Shown here: positions 28,690-38,523 of the stretch, piece after piece
Position numbering within the stretch: position 1 is the stretch's first letter
Layout: every line of letters begins with the position of its first letter
NCBI GenBank assembly: GCA_041660745.1
Contig: JBAZVT010000002.1
Span: forward strand, 15,210 to 79,209
DNA: 64,000 nt
DNA from: Minisyncoccota bacterium
GTDB taxonomy: Bacteria > Patescibacteriota > Minisyncoccia > Phycocordibacterales > JBAZVT01
Direction: 5' to 3'
Translations under genes and position numbers: made by a program
The notes under the pieces: generated by a model
Database searches by the model: none
What the model was told of the DNA's origin: nothing
Seen by the model: only the letters and a program-made list of their open reading frames with translations

Positions 28690-29472
28690 TTACATTAGTT
28701 TACTGCTCGTCCTCATTAAATTCTTGCTGACGTTGCCAGCTTCATCTCTAATTTCGTGTCCTGTAAGTGATATGAAGGCATCCTCAAGATTTTTAGCCCC
28801 AGCTTTTGCGCGAATTTCTTCTGGGGTCCCTTGTTCAATAATTTTTCCATGATCAATAATGGCGATTCTGTCTGCATAGCGCTCCACCTCTTCCATGTGG
28901 TGGGTGGTGAAAAATACAGTGACCTTTTCTTTTTTATTCAGGTCGCGAATGTAGTTCCAAATATGATTTCTCGTCTGTGGGTCCAGTCCGATTGTGGGTT
29001 CGTCTAAAAACAATACTTTCGGTAAATGAAGTAGTCCGCGAGCTATTTCTAAACGGCGTTTCATTCCTCCGGAAAAATTTTTTACAAAAGCATCCTTTCT
29101 ATCAGTCAGTTCAACAAGTGCCAAAAGGGTATTGATACGCTCTTTGTAAGAACCTTTCGGTAATCCATAGAGAATTGCATGTAATTGCATGTTCTCAAAT
29201 GCTGTTAGTTCGTTGTCGAGGCTTGGATCTTGGAAAACAATACCAAACGATTTTCGGGTTTTGTGTGGGTCTTCAGTTACATTGTGTCCATCCAAACAAA
29301 TCTCTCCAGAGGTTGGATGTGAGAGCGTGGTGAGCATTTTTATTGTTGTGGTTTTACCTGCACCGTTGGGTCCGAGGAACGCGAAAATTTCTCCTTGTTT
29401 AACGCGAAGGGAAATATTATCAACGGCGGTAAAATTTCCAAATTTTTTTGTAACGTTTTTTATCTCAATCAT
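28690..29472 (-). CDS. ABC transporter ATP-binding protein
   Basis: Walker A GPNGAGKTT, FSGGMKRRLEIA signature, LDEPT; start at internal ATG (MIEIKNVTKKF). Confidence 0.8.
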   Translation of the reverse strand: MIEIKNVTKKFGNFTAVDNISLRVKQGEIFAFLGPNGAGKTTTIKMLTTLSHPTSGEICLDGHNVTEDPHKTRKSFGIVFQDPSLDNELTAFENMQLHAILYGLPKGSYKERINTLLALVELTDRKDAFVKNFSGGMKRRLEIARGLLHLPKVLFLDEPTIGLDPQTRNHIWNYIRDLNKKEKVTVFFTTHHMEEVERYADRIAIIDHGKIIEQGTPEEIRAKAGAKNLEDAFISLTGHEIRDEAGNVSKNLMRTSSKLM

Positions 29473-29581
29473 GAAAAGAATTATATCAACGAGGGTATGT
29501 GATAAATATGAACGATTTGTATTCCGAGGACCACCTTCGGTATTTAGCCGAAGGCAGTCCTCGAAACACAATATTTTTTGA

Positions 29582-29630
29582 ATCCCTGGGTTAAACCTCA
29601 GGCAACTTGCCTGAGGTTTAACCTAGGGAT
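29582..29630. promoter_or_regulatory. 49-bp near-perfect palindrome (24-bp arms) between ABC operon start and lexA end
   Basis: atccctgggttaaacctcaggcaa-c-ttgcctgaggtttaacctagggat. Confidence 0.4.
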
Positions 29631-29637
29631 ACTTTTA

Positions 29638-30207
29638 TTAATACTTCCTGATCACTCCCTTAACAATCGCTGCGATTTTGAGTTCTTCAGTAGGGTAAAT
29701 TGGTTTGTAGTTTTTGTTGGCAGGTTGTAGGTATACGAGTGTGCCTTTCTTGCGGTAATATTTCATTGTCCAACCCCCGTCTACTTCTGCGATAACAATA
29801 TCCATGTCCTTGGGTTCACCTTTGTTGCGCTCTACGATGACCAAATCACCCTCCTTTATACCTTCTTCTATCATTGAGTCGCCTTTGACTTCTAGGAGGT
29901 ATGACGAGTCCTTGTGCTTCACGAGGTAGTCATCAATACTGAGTGTGTCCGTAAGTTCTTCTTCTGTTGCAGAGGGGATTCCAGCTTCCACAAGTCCGAG
30001 AAGGGGAATTTCATCCAGTCGGTCTGCGGGGATGAGTTTACCTTTTGCATCCTTGGTTACCACACCCATCTCCACGAGTTTGTTCACGAGTTTGTACGCA
30101 GCGTTCTTTGACTTGAAACCGACGAGGTTCATGATCTCTTGATACCCGGGCATGCGCTTGTGTGTGCGGTAAAAAGAAATAATTTTATTTTTGTAGGAAT
30201 CGAACAT
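29638..30207 (-). CDS. lexA: LexA repressor (S24 peptidase)
   Basis: N-terminal wHTH, C-terminal KGDSM…K catalytic dyad, AG cleavage region (VEAG). Confidence 0.85.
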   Translation of the reverse strand: MFDSYKNKIISFYRTHKRMPGYQEIMNLVGFKSKNAAYKLVNKLVEMGVVTKDAKGKLIPADRLDEIPLLGLVEAGIPSATEEELTDTLSIDDYLVKHKDSSYLLEVKGDSMIEEGIKEGDLVIVERNKGEPKDMDIVIAEVDGGWTMKYYRKKGTLVYLQPANKNYKPIYPTEELKIAAIVKGVIRKY

Positions 30208-30215
30208 TGTATTTT

Positions 30216-30425
30216 TTATAGTATAAAGGAGGAAACCGTACTAAATGTTTTCAAGAACCAGTGTGATTGGGCTCGGGTGGGGAGCTCACTCAAACGAGAG
30301 CGGAGAAACTTGTGTCGACGGGCTTCTTTTTCATACGAGAGACCCTTGATGATTTTCATATCAATAAGGTCATTCAATTTCTGCAATTCGCACGATATTG
30401 TTTTGTGTAATGTTTGGCTGCTCAT
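30216..30425 (-). CDS. small ORF upstream of and co-directional with lexA (69 aa)
   Basis: Stop 9 nt before lexA ATG (possible translational coupling; lexA lacks SD). Confidence 0.35.
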   Translation of the reverse strand: MSSQTLHKTISCELQKLNDLIDMKIIKGLSYEKEARRHKFLRSRLSELPTRAQSHWFLKTFSTVSSFIL

Positions 30426-30473
30426 ATGTGTTAATAATTATTCTTGCACTAAAATTTATATACACATAGTATA

Positions 30474-30491
30474 GGTGAACAAGTGTTCACC
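30474..30491. promoter_or_regulatory. LexA (Cheo-type) box GGTGAAC-AAGT-GTTCACC
   Basis: GAAC-N4-GTTC core with 7-bp perfect arms, ~50 bp upstream of small-ORF/lexA unit. Confidence 0.6.
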
Positions 30492-30673
30492 AGTCAACAG
30501 TGGATAACCCACTGCAACACAGGGGAGATGAAATCGCAATCCTATAGGCAAAAATATATTGGAAAAACATAGTTTTTTAGGATGAAATTGATTCACAGAA
30601 CTCTCACGGGGATATTGATAATTTTGGCATAAAAAGTAGTTGATAAAACTATTGTTAATTAATAAAAAATAAT

Positions 30674-30919
30674 ATGCCCAAATATGGTAAAAAAGTTGCA
30701 GAAAAAGTTAAAAAAGTTTTGCACGAATATAAACGCGGAAAATTAAAAATGGGAAAAAGTAACAAGATGGTGAAAAGTAGGAAGCAGGCTGTTGCTATAG
30801 GACTTTCCGAGGCTCGCAAAGAAGGCGCAAAAATGCCTCCACAGAAGTCTGGAGGCTTTTCTTTGCAACAAGTAATGTTAAAACAAAAACTCCCCATAAG
30901 GGAGTTTTTGTTTACTTAG
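30674..30919 (+). CDS. small basic hypothetical protein (81 aa)
   Basis: MPKYGKKVAEKVKKVLHEYKRGKLKMGK…; ORF runs through terminator hairpin. Confidence 0.45.
   Translation: MPKYGKKVAEKVKKVLHEYKRGKLKMGKSNKMVKSRKQAVAIGLSEARKEGAKMPPQKSGGFSLQQVMLKQKLPIREFLFT
30880..30915. terminator. bidirectional Rho-independent terminator
   Basis: aaaacaaaaactcccc-ataa-gggagtttttgtttac. Confidence 0.75.
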
Positions 30920-31511
30920 GAGTATTTTTGCTGGCGGTCAAATAGATTAATGCTGTAATTACTGCACCAGACACATCCATGAACATATCTTTTTGCGCAT
31001 CCCAGATATCACCCTGTGAACCAAGAAAGGCTGCACCCGCACTTCCTCCGAAGAATTCTGCATACCACCATTCAATCCATTCGTAACAAACTGCAACAAA
31101 AGAAATTGCAAAAATCGCATATGTTGCCGCAATCCATTTTTTCGCAATGAGTCCTTTGCCGACAAGGAATTCAATAATAGGTAAAGCGTAGAAACCTACA
31201 GTGAAGTGACCAACTCGATCGAACATATTTCTTTGGAAACCAAAAAAGTTATTGAACCAGTCAAAAGGAACTAGTTCGAAGGTGTAGTGTCCTCCAATGG
31301 TGTGCCAGAATGGCAAAATAAACATGAGTAAATAGGCTGTGTTTGAAAAGCGAACTTTTCTCACATAGAGAAAAACAATAATGGCGACAAGTATTACAAT
31401 GGGCCCGTTTTCTGCATACCAAACATCACGAGAGAATGGATGTATTCCGGCAATAATAAACTCAACAATATAAACGAGTAATAATAGATGCGGAAAGTAT
31501 TTTTTTAACAT
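30912..31511 (-). CDS. DUF2238/YjdF-like membrane protein
   Basis: ~5 TM, Trp-rich; family-level resemblance only. Confidence 0.5.
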   Translation of the reverse strand: MLKKYFPHLLLLVYIVEFIIAGIHPFSRDVWYAENGPIVILVAIIVFLYVRKVRFSNTAYLLMFILPFWHTIGGHYTFELVPFDWFNNFFGFQRNMFDRVGHFTVGFYALPIIEFLVGKGLIAKKWIAATYAIFAISFVAVCYEWIEWWYAEFFGGSAGAAFLGSQGDIWDAQKDMFMDVSGAVITALIYLTASKNTPK

Positions 31512-31575
31512 ACACCTATTGTACCCTCATCTTAGTGAGTTGTTAACTGGTTACTTTTTAACTGTCCGTGCAGGT

Positions 31576-32148
31576 TTAGACTTTTAGTCTGCTACGAAAG
31601 CCTCTGCTGCCATAATATGATTCCGCACCATTGTGGTATACGAATACGTGGTCATAGCGACGATCGCAGAATAGTGCGCCTCCCAGTTTTCTAATTTCGG
31701 GAGGGGTTTTTACCCAGCTTGATGTTTTTGTATCAAAATCCTCAAATTTCTGCAGTTCTCGGTAGTCCTCTTCTGTTAAAAGCTCAACGCCCATGTCCTT
31801 CGCCATATCAACAGCATTATTTTTCGGCTTATTCTCTTTTCGTGATTGTAGAGCTGTATGATCGTAACAGGTATTTCTGCGTTCCGTAGGACTTTCCGCT
31901 GAAGAGTCTACGAAAATATATTCGCCCGTTTTTTTGATAAATCCAAAAACATCTGGTTCACCGCCAGTTCTCTCCATTTCGCTGAGTGACCACAGTTTTT
32001 CGGTATGAGCTAGAAGTCTATCTTGCACCTTTGTCCATGCGAGGTTTTTGTGACGATTCATGTTTTTCTCAAAACGAATTTTCAATACTGCGAGTATTTT
32101 TTCTCGTTGTTCCAAGGGTAACTTCTTTTTGTTGTTAGCATTTTTCAT
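31576..32148 (-). CDS. conserved hypothetical protein (190 aa)
   Basis: No TM; long ORF with good coding character. Confidence 0.5.
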   Translation of the reverse strand: MKNANNKKKLPLEQREKILAVLKIRFEKNMNRHKNLAWTKVQDRLLAHTEKLWSLSEMERTGGEPDVFGFIKKTGEYIFVDSSAESPTERRNTCYDHTALQSRKENKPKNNAVDMAKDMGVELLTEEDYRELQKFEDFDTKTSSWVKTPPEIRKLGGALFCDRRYDHVFVYHNGAESYYGSRGFRSRLKV

Positions 32149-32233
32149 GCGGTTATTGTATTTCGGTTGGAAAACTTACATACTATTTTTTTGATTTTTA
32201 AAGTGAGAATTCAGATTTCAGCATTAGATGATA

Positions 32234-32977
32234 TTACTCTTTCTTAAAACCTGTAAAAGCTTTCACGATTTCAAGGGGGAGAGTAAAGATGACTGTATTT
32301 GATTGGTCGGATGAAATATCGTTAATTGCCTGAAGTGTACGTAGATGTAATGCGCCATCTGATGCTGCAAGAATTTTGGCAGCTTGAGCCATGTTTTGTG
32401 CTGCGGCAAGTTCTCCCTCAGAGGTGATAATAACCGCCCGTTTTTCTCGTTCTGCTTCTGCCTGCTTCGCAATAGTGCGTTCCATATTTTCAGGAAGTTT
32501 AATATCTTTAAGCTCAACATTGTTAACTTTTAAACCCCATGCATCAGTTTCTTTATCTACAATTTCTCGTATTCTATCTGCTATTTTTTCGCGACCTGCG
32601 AGAAGCTCGTCCAAGGTTACTTCACCGACCATATTTCTCATTGTGGTCTGAGCATATTGAGAGACGGCATAATAAAAATTCTCAACTTCTATTATTGCCT
32701 TTTCGGCAGAAGAAACTTTGTAATAAATAACTGCATTTACAGCAACCGAAACGTTGTCACGAGTAATTGCATTTTGATCTGGCACGTCGACAGCTTTTAC
32801 GCGCATATCGACTTTTTGATACGTCTGAAAAATTGGGATGATTAGTCTCCAGCCAGGTTCCATAATTCCGACAAATTTACCAATGGTAAATTTTACACCT
32901 CGTTCATATTGATTAATCTGCTTTATACTTAGGAGAAGTATAATAATAACTATCACGGCAATAATTAATGTTGGCAT
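32234..32977 (-). CDS. SPFH/band-7 (stomatin/HflC-like) membrane protein
   Basis: N-terminal TM then SPFH domain (YERGVKFTIGKF…). Confidence 0.8.
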   Translation of the reverse strand: MPTLIIAVIVIIILLLSIKQINQYERGVKFTIGKFVGIMEPGWRLIIPIFQTYQKVDMRVKAVDVPDQNAITRDNVSVAVNAVIYYKVSSAEKAIIEVENFYYAVSQYAQTTMRNMVGEVTLDELLAGREKIADRIREIVDKETDAWGLKVNNVELKDIKLPENMERTIAKQAEAEREKRAVIITSEGELAAAQNMAQAAKILAASDGALHLRTLQAINDISSDQSNTVIFTLPLEIVKAFTGFKKE

Positions 32978-33332
32978 AGGATTAGTTAATTAATACAAAA
33001 CTAAACATATACCCCGTGTGTGAATAAATTAAGAAGAGAAAAGAGGTGGTTTTGCAGCCTTTCCTAAGTTTGATGCGAGGCTTGTATTGTGAGTATTTTT
33101 CTATAGGGTTAAATTAAAAATAGCTTCCGCTCTAGAGGAGAAGGGAAGTTTTGAAATTGTTGTTAAAAATCATGACGGACCTTATTGCCGACGTAGAGCG
33201 AATGAAGTGAAAAAATTCTGACTTTTTCACTTCTGAGCCGAGGAAGGCATCAAAGGGTAAATACCCCGCTCCTTGGAGCGGTAAAGGGTGAGCAAAGCGA
33301 ACACTTTATGTGTCCAGAGCTTGCTCTGGAGT

Positions 33333-34004
33333 TTAATACCCTTTATTCGTAACTCCCATTAATCGCACGATGTATATGGTTTGGGAATAATCAACAGTTA
33401 AACTCCTAAGCTGTTCTAGGGCAATTTTTATACCCTCGATTTTTGATCCACAAATATTAACCTTTTTCATTTTTGCCTGAGAAAAGTCGGTGTTGGTCAT
33501 GTCTGAATCAAAAAATATCACATTTTCCAATTCTGCTCCTACGAAATCAGTATCAGTTAAAATACAACTTTCAAAATAGACGTTTTTTAATTTTGAAAAT
33601 CTGAAAAGTGATAAATCTACTTTGCAATTTTTAAAGGTGATATCTCTCAGTCGGGCACCGCTCATGTGCAGTCCTGTTAAACGTGAATTCGTGATTGAGG
33701 TCCTGTCCAGGTTAGACTCTTCCAGGTTGGCGTTCGCCAGGTTCAATTTTTCTGCAACGATGTCATTTAGTTTGAAACCTTTGAGGAGGGAATTGGAGAG
33801 ATCTATATTTTTTATCAACGAAGAATAAAAAGATACATCAGTAGCTTTTGATCCTTGTAAATCAGTATCTTTTAAATACACACCTTCGCACGAAAAATCG
33901 TTTTCTAACTTTTGTATCTCAATAACTTTCAGTTCGCTGGTTTTTGGCAAAATCGGGTTTTCTGGATATTTTTCTTTTTCGTTTGTGGTTACGACGCGGG
34001 GCAT
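33333..34004 (-). CDS. pentapeptide-repeat protein
   Basis: Tandem A(D/N)LxxA-type pentapeptide repeats throughout. Confidence 0.75.
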   Translation of the reverse strand: MPRVVTTNEKEKYPENPILPKTSELKVIEIQKLENDFSCEGVYLKDTDLQGSKATDVSFYSSLIKNIDLSNSLLKGFKLNDIVAEKLNLANANLEESNLDRTSITNSRLTGLHMSGARLRDITFKNCKVDLSLFRFSKLKNVYFESCILTDTDFVGAELENVIFFDSDMTNTDFSQAKMKKVNICGSKIEGIKIALEQLRSLTVDYSQTIYIVRLMGVTNKGY

Positions 34005-34401
34005 AAAATAAATTTTGATTATAAAAAGTTGTTTATAGAAAAATAAGACAAAAACTCCCACCCCGTTCCGCCACTTTCGCAGTTTTCTTAGGGGTGAGAG
34101 TTTTTGTGCCAGCGTACCCCCTTGAGTTCTCTACTGTTATCACCAACCATTGGTGTTGCTAAGAGCCTTCTTCTCTTCAGGGTATCTTTTCTATTATACT
34201 CAGATAAACGAATCGCTTCGTACTTTCGCAGTCGTTAGACCAGCTAACTTTACTTCGGGGTTGCTCAAAGGAGTCAACCTATCTGTTTGATATGATACCG
34301 TAATGTTTTTTAAATAACAGGTTGCGTGAGTAGAAAAAGTGTGTTTTATTATAAAAAGAGACCGCGGTCAAGTTAGTTGACGTGATTTTATAAAATGTTT
34401 T

Positions 34402-34833
34402 TTATTTCTTTGTGGTTTTGTGATCAATTTTTATCTCAGCTCCTGAAGGTATTAATTCATTGATTATATTGTCAACAGTAATGTTTCTAGGTCTCTTATA
34501 TAGAGAACATATTAGCCATACGAAACTAATTACCGCAGTAATAAGAAAAACTGCTTGCCATACAAATTTTGAAAAAAGTGCATCTTTAAACTCGGTTGTT
34601 GGGAAAATTACACATATAGTTAGAAAGATTCCAAACGGAACTTGCCATGCGCGCCTGTCTTCTAGTTTGTTTAAACTTTTCATCAAACAAATTCTGATTT
34701 TACTTTCATAAAGATAAACCACACGCTCACTTAAATTTGAATGCGTAGACAAATTCTCAACAATTTTTCCTTGAAGTTCTTTTGTTACTGGACTTATTGT
34801 CACCGCTTGTTGTTGGCGTTTACGCTTGCTCAT
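34402..34833 (-). CDS. hypothetical membrane protein
   Basis: Basic N-term, 2 TM. Confidence 0.5.
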   Translation of the reverse strand: MSKRKRQQQAVTISPVTKELQGKIVENLSTHSNLSERVVYLYESKIRICLMKSLNKLEDRRAWQVPFGIFLTICVIFPTTEFKDALFSKFVWQAVFLITAVISFVWLICSLYKRPRNITVDNIINELIPSGAEIKIDHKTTKK

Positions 34834-35095
34834 TGTTTGGTTGAGATTGTTCTGGCAGTATTCCTAATACCCCAACAGCATGATGACTTAAAAAGCCACA
34901 GCGATTACATACAACTGCAATAGACGGAATCGACGGCCCTCCTATAATCACATTATTGCTTATTTGAGGCTGAAAGGAGTGATTAAAGTAACCATCAATC
35001 AAAGAAAAGTTACTATTTCCACATCTAGGACATGGGAGTCTTGCCTCTCTACTTTCTAAAGCTTGAATAATTCGGGTACGTTCCTGGGGGTTCAT
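34820..35095 (-). CDS. zinc-ribbon hypothetical protein (CPRCG…CNRCG)
   Basis: Two CxxC pairs; start at internal ATG 35093-35095. Confidence 0.45.
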   Translation of the reverse strand: MNPQERTRIIQALESREARLPCPRCGNSNFSLIDGYFNHSFQPQISNNVIIGGPSIPSIAVVCNRCGFLSHHAVGVLGILPEQSQPNNEQA

Positions 35096-35169
35096 GTTGG
35101 TTATTATTTTATAATAAAAACGTTTCAAGTATAGCTCTCTGGCCTAACCCGACAACATGCTAACTCGTG

Positions 35170-35240
35170 CTGCGGGGCTTGGACTCGAACCAAGATACCA
35201 TGCTCCAGAGGCATGTGTCCTACCATTAGACGATCCCGCA
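35170..35240 (-). tRNA. tRNA-Gln (CTG)
   Basis: rc: TGCGGGATCGTCTAATGGTAGGACACATGCCTCTGGAGCATGGTATCTTGGTTCGAGTCCAAGCCCCGCAG; U1-A72, short D-arm typical of Gln. Confidence 0.75.
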
Positions 35241-35328
35241 ATTGATGTTTCTACACAATACTAGAAAAACCCGCTTTTTTCAAGTGTGTGAGGTCGGTTG
35301 GGGAGAGTGATCGTCGATTTGTGAAGAA

Positions 35329-38300
35329 ATGGCGAAAGGCGTACAATATCTAAATACTATGCAAGAATACCTCAAAAATATTGCAGTTAAATTTTCTGAC
35401 CCACAAACAAGTGAAATGGGTTATCGAACTGATCTTGAGAATCTTTTGGTAAAGATTTTTCCAAAAGATAAAAAATATCAGATACATCATGATGCGAAAG
35501 CTGTTGGAGGAAATAAGCCCGATTTTGTTATTTTGAAAGATGGTGTGCCTCTGTTATATATAGAAGCGAAAGATATTGGTGTCAGTTTAGATAAAGTAGA
35601 AAAGAGTGATCAAATGGATCGTTATTTTGGTTATAATAATCTTGTGCTGACAGATTACGTTGAATTTCGTTTTTATCGAAACGGTGAAAGATATGGTGAG
35701 CCTGTTGCTATCTCTACATTTGATAAGACATATCGGACAATAGTAGAACTTAGTCATAATTTTTCTTTACTTTCAAAAACCATTGTGGATTTTGCTGCTT
35801 CCCACAAGGAGCCCATAAAACGTGGAAAACACTTAGCACAGATTATGGGAGGTAAAGCTCAGCGTATTCGGGATAATGTGAAGGAAATGCTCGTTGTGAC
35901 TTCAGATGCGTATGCCGACCTTCTTAAAATGCGTGATGTGGTCAAGGAACATCTCGTCTCAAGTCTTGACGATGAGTCGTTTGCCGATATGTATGCGCAG
36001 ACTCTGGTGTATGGACTTTTTGCCGCTCGGTACAATGATAAGACCGCAGATAATTTTTCACGTGCTGAGGCTCGAGAGCTTGTGCCTAAAACAAACCCAT
36101 TTCTTCGATCATTTTTTGATCATATAGCCGGAGAATCTTTTCCGGACAGACTTGGATTTATTGTTGATGAGTTATGTGAAGTTTTTACCCATGCAGATGT
36201 GCATAGATTAATGCATGAATATTTTACACAGGGAAAAATCTCTGGCGGGGTACATACGAGTCCTGATCCAGTCATCCATTTCTATGAAGATTTTCTGCGT
36301 GAGTATGATACAAAAAAGAAGATGGAAATGGGTGTTTTCTATACACCGCGCCCAGTCGTGCAGTTTATTGTGCGGGCAGTAGATAGTATTCTTAAAAGTG
36401 AATTTGGACTTGAAAAAGGTTTAACCGACACAACAAAAATTTCTGTTGAGAAAAAAGAAACGAACGAAAAAGGTAAAGAGGTAAAAGTTCAAAAAGAATA
36501 TCACAAAGTTCAAGTACTTGATGTAGCGACTGGTACGGGCACTTTTTTGAATGAAGTAATTACTCATATTTATAGTAGCTTTAAAGGTCAAGAAGGTGGG
36601 TGGCCTGCGTATGTTGAAAATGACCTTCTGCCACGACTACACGGCTTTGAGTTGATGATGGCTTCATATACTATTGCTCATTTGAAATTGGGTATGACAC
36701 TTCATGATACTGGCGCTGGGGGAATTAATAAAAGATTGGGTGTTTATTTAACAAATACACTTGAAGAGGCAAAAAATTCCATATGGGGTAATAATAGCTT
36801 ATTTGTGGGTGTGCAAGAAAGTATCACCAAAGAGGCAATTGAGGCTTCGCGCGTTAAGTCAGATTATCCGATAATGTGTGTAATTGGAAACCCGCCATAT
36901 TCCGGCATTTCTATGAACAGGCATTATACAGATAATAATGTGTATAAAGTGGAACCGGGAGGCTTGCAGAAGCTTCAAGAGAAGAAAAATTGGCTTGATG
37001 ATGATTATGTAAAATTTATTAGATTTGCAGAAAGTTTGGTTGAGAAGAATGGTGAGGGGGTCGTGGGAATGATTACTGCACATGGATATATTGATAATCC
37101 TACGTTTCGTGGGATGCGTTGGCATTTAAGGAAAACCTTTGACAAGATTTATGTTATTGATTTGCATGGAAATAGTAACAAAAAAGAAACTGCTCCCGAT
37201 GGCGGAAAAGATGAAAATGTTTTTGATATTAAAACGGGAGTTTCAATGATCTTGGCAATAAAAAATTCTCCCGATGTAAAAAGTAAGAAACTCGGGCAAG
37301 TTTATCAAACTGATTTTTATGGATTGCGAGAAAGTAAATATGAACGCTTGGATGTAGAAAGTATTGAGTCAATTAAATGGAACGAATTACCTGAAAATAC
37401 GGAAGTCTGGCGTGTTGAAGGTAAAGGAAAAAGTGAATACCAGAAAGGCTTTTCTGTTGCAGAATTGTTTCCTAAAAATACCACAGGGATAGTCACTATG
37501 GGGGATAGTTTTATCGTTGACAAAGACAAAGAAATTCTTACAAAGAGAGTTCGGGAATTTTTGTATAACAACGTTTTAGAAAATGAATTAAAGTTTAAAT
37601 ATAATCTTGGTAAAAACTATGCAAAGTGGGTTATTGATAATAAGAAAAAAATTCAAGATGATCCAAGTAAAATAGCTTCACTTTTGTATCGTCCTTTTGA
37701 TAGTAGATATACTTATTTTGATAAAAATTTAGTATGGAGAACACGCGATCAGGTTATGATTCAACTAGTTAATAGGGAAAATATTGCTTTCATTGCCTCT
37801 CGGATAAACAGGCAGGCTAGTCTTGGATACTTCTTTGTAACGAAGACTCTTACAGATTTTCATGTTTTAGACAATGCTCAAGATTCAACTTCAGTTTTTC
37901 CTCTTTATCTTTACGACGAACGAGGAGAAAAGATTCCAAACATTAATAAGGCAATTTGGCAAAAAATAAATGAACTAGTGGGAGAGACTATTCCTGAAAA
38001 TATTTTGGACTATGTTTACGCGTACTTACATTCACCGAATTATCGCGATAAGTATAAAGAGTTTCTAAAGATAGATTTTCCTCGTGTTCCATTCCCTAAA
38101 AATAAGGAAGAGTTCTGGAATCTTGTCCCGCTCGGTACAAAACTTCGTGAGCTGCATTTAATGACTTCGTCAGAGTGCAATAAGCTTATAACCACATATC
38201 CTGTAACTGGGGGCGATGTCGTAGAAAAAATAAAATACGAGAAAGAGAAAGTATATATTAATAATACGCAGTATTTTGGGAATGTCCCTAAAGTCGCTTG

Positions 38301-38463
38301 GGATTTCTATATTGGGGGTTATCAACCTGCTCAGAAATGGCTTAAAGATCGTAAGGATAAAAAACTTTCAAATGAAGATATCGAACACTATCAAAAAATG
38401 ATTGTGGTATTGGTGGAAACCGATAGAATCATGAAAGAAATCGATAAAACTTTTGAAAATTAA
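35329..38463 (+). CDS. Type IIG/IIL restriction-modification enzyme (fused PD-ExK endonuclease + gamma-class N6-adenine MTase; MmeI/Eco57I-like)
   Basis: N-terminal PD…EAK (GGNKPDFVILKDGVPLLYIEAKD), MTase motif IV NPPY (VIGNPPYSG), motif I-like DVATGTGTFL; 1044 aa. Confidence 0.8.
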   Translation: MAKGVQYLNTMQEYLKNIAVKFSDPQTSEMGYRTDLENLLVKIFPKDKKYQIHHDAKAVGGNKPDFVILKDGVPLLYIEAKDIGVSLDKVEKSDQMDRYFGYNNLVLTDYVEFRFYRNGERYGEPVAISTFDKTYRTIVELSHNFSLLSKTIVDFAASHKEPIKRGKHLAQIMGGKAQRIRDNVKEMLVVTSDAYADLLKMRDVVKEHLVSSLDDESFADMYAQTLVYGLFAARYNDKTADNFSRAEARELVPKTNPFLRSFFDHIAGESFPDRLGFIVDELCEVFTHADVHRLMHEYFTQGKISGGVHTSPDPVIHFYEDFLREYDTKKKMEMGVFYTPRPVVQFIVRAVDSILKSEFGLEKGLTDTTKISVEKKETNEKGKEVKVQKEYHKVQVLDVATGTGTFLNEVITHIYSSFKGQEGGWPAYVENDLLPRLHGFELMMASYTIAHLKLGMTLHDTGAGGINKRLGVYLTNTLEEAKNSIWGNNSLFVGVQESITKEAIEASRVKSDYPIMCVIGNPPYSGISMNRHYTDNNVYKVEPGGLQKLQEKKNWLDDDYVKFIRFAESLVEKNGEGVVGMITAHGYIDNPTFRGMRWHLRKTFDKIYVIDLHGNSNKKETAPDGGKDENVFDIKTGVSMILAIKNSPDVKSKKLGQVYQTDFYGLRESKYERLDVESIESIKWNELPENTEVWRVEGKGKSEYQKGFSVAELFPKNTTGIVTMGDSFIVDKDKEILTKRVREFLYNNVLENELKFKYNLGKNYAKWVIDNKKKIQDDPSKIASLLYRPFDSRYTYFDKNLVWRTRDQVMIQLVNRENIAFIASRINRQASLGYFFVTKTLTDFHVLDNAQDSTSVFPLYLYDERGEKIPNINKAIWQKINELVGETIPENILDYVYAYLHSPNYRDKYKEFLKIDFPRVPFPKNKEEFWNLVPLGTKLRELHLMTSSECNKLITTYPVTGGDVVEKIKYEKEKVYINNTQYFGNVPKVAWDFYIGGYQPAQKWLKDRKDKKLSNEDIEHYQKMIVVLVETDRIMKEIDKTFEN

Positions 38464-38479
38464 TTATTAGTTATCCACA

Positions 38480-38507
38480 GATGTTTTGCCGATATCGGCA
38501 AAACATC
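38480..38507. promoter_or_regulatory. perfect 28-bp palindrome gatgttttgccgat|atcggcaaaacatc between RM gene and dinD
   Basis: No flanking T-run on either strand, so operator-like rather than terminator. Confidence 0.4.
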
Positions 38508-38523
38508 AAAAAATAATAAAAAT

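Noticed and set aside
30233-30254. GAAAC-N10-GTTTC inverted repeat and 30-aa plus-strand peptide with AAAGGAGG SD near lexA start
   Set aside because: Lies inside the minus-strand small ORF/lexA junction; the GGTGAAC-N4-GTTCACC Cheo box further upstream is a much better LexA operator.
33000-33330. SRP RNA candidate (ccgaggaaggca resembles CCGGAAGGAAGCAGC domain IV)
   Set aside because: Match to the conserved GGAA tetraloop/AGCAGC motif is incomplete; cannot be supported without a covariance model search.
35906-37571. Small ORFs inside the Type IIG R-M gene (35906-36127, 36859-37125-, 37317-37571-)
   Set aside because: Internal to a 1044-aa ORF with clear nuclease and MTase motifs.
38480-38507. 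28-bp palindrome as a Rho-independent terminator
   Set aside because: No U-tract follows on either strand; kept as possible operator instead.
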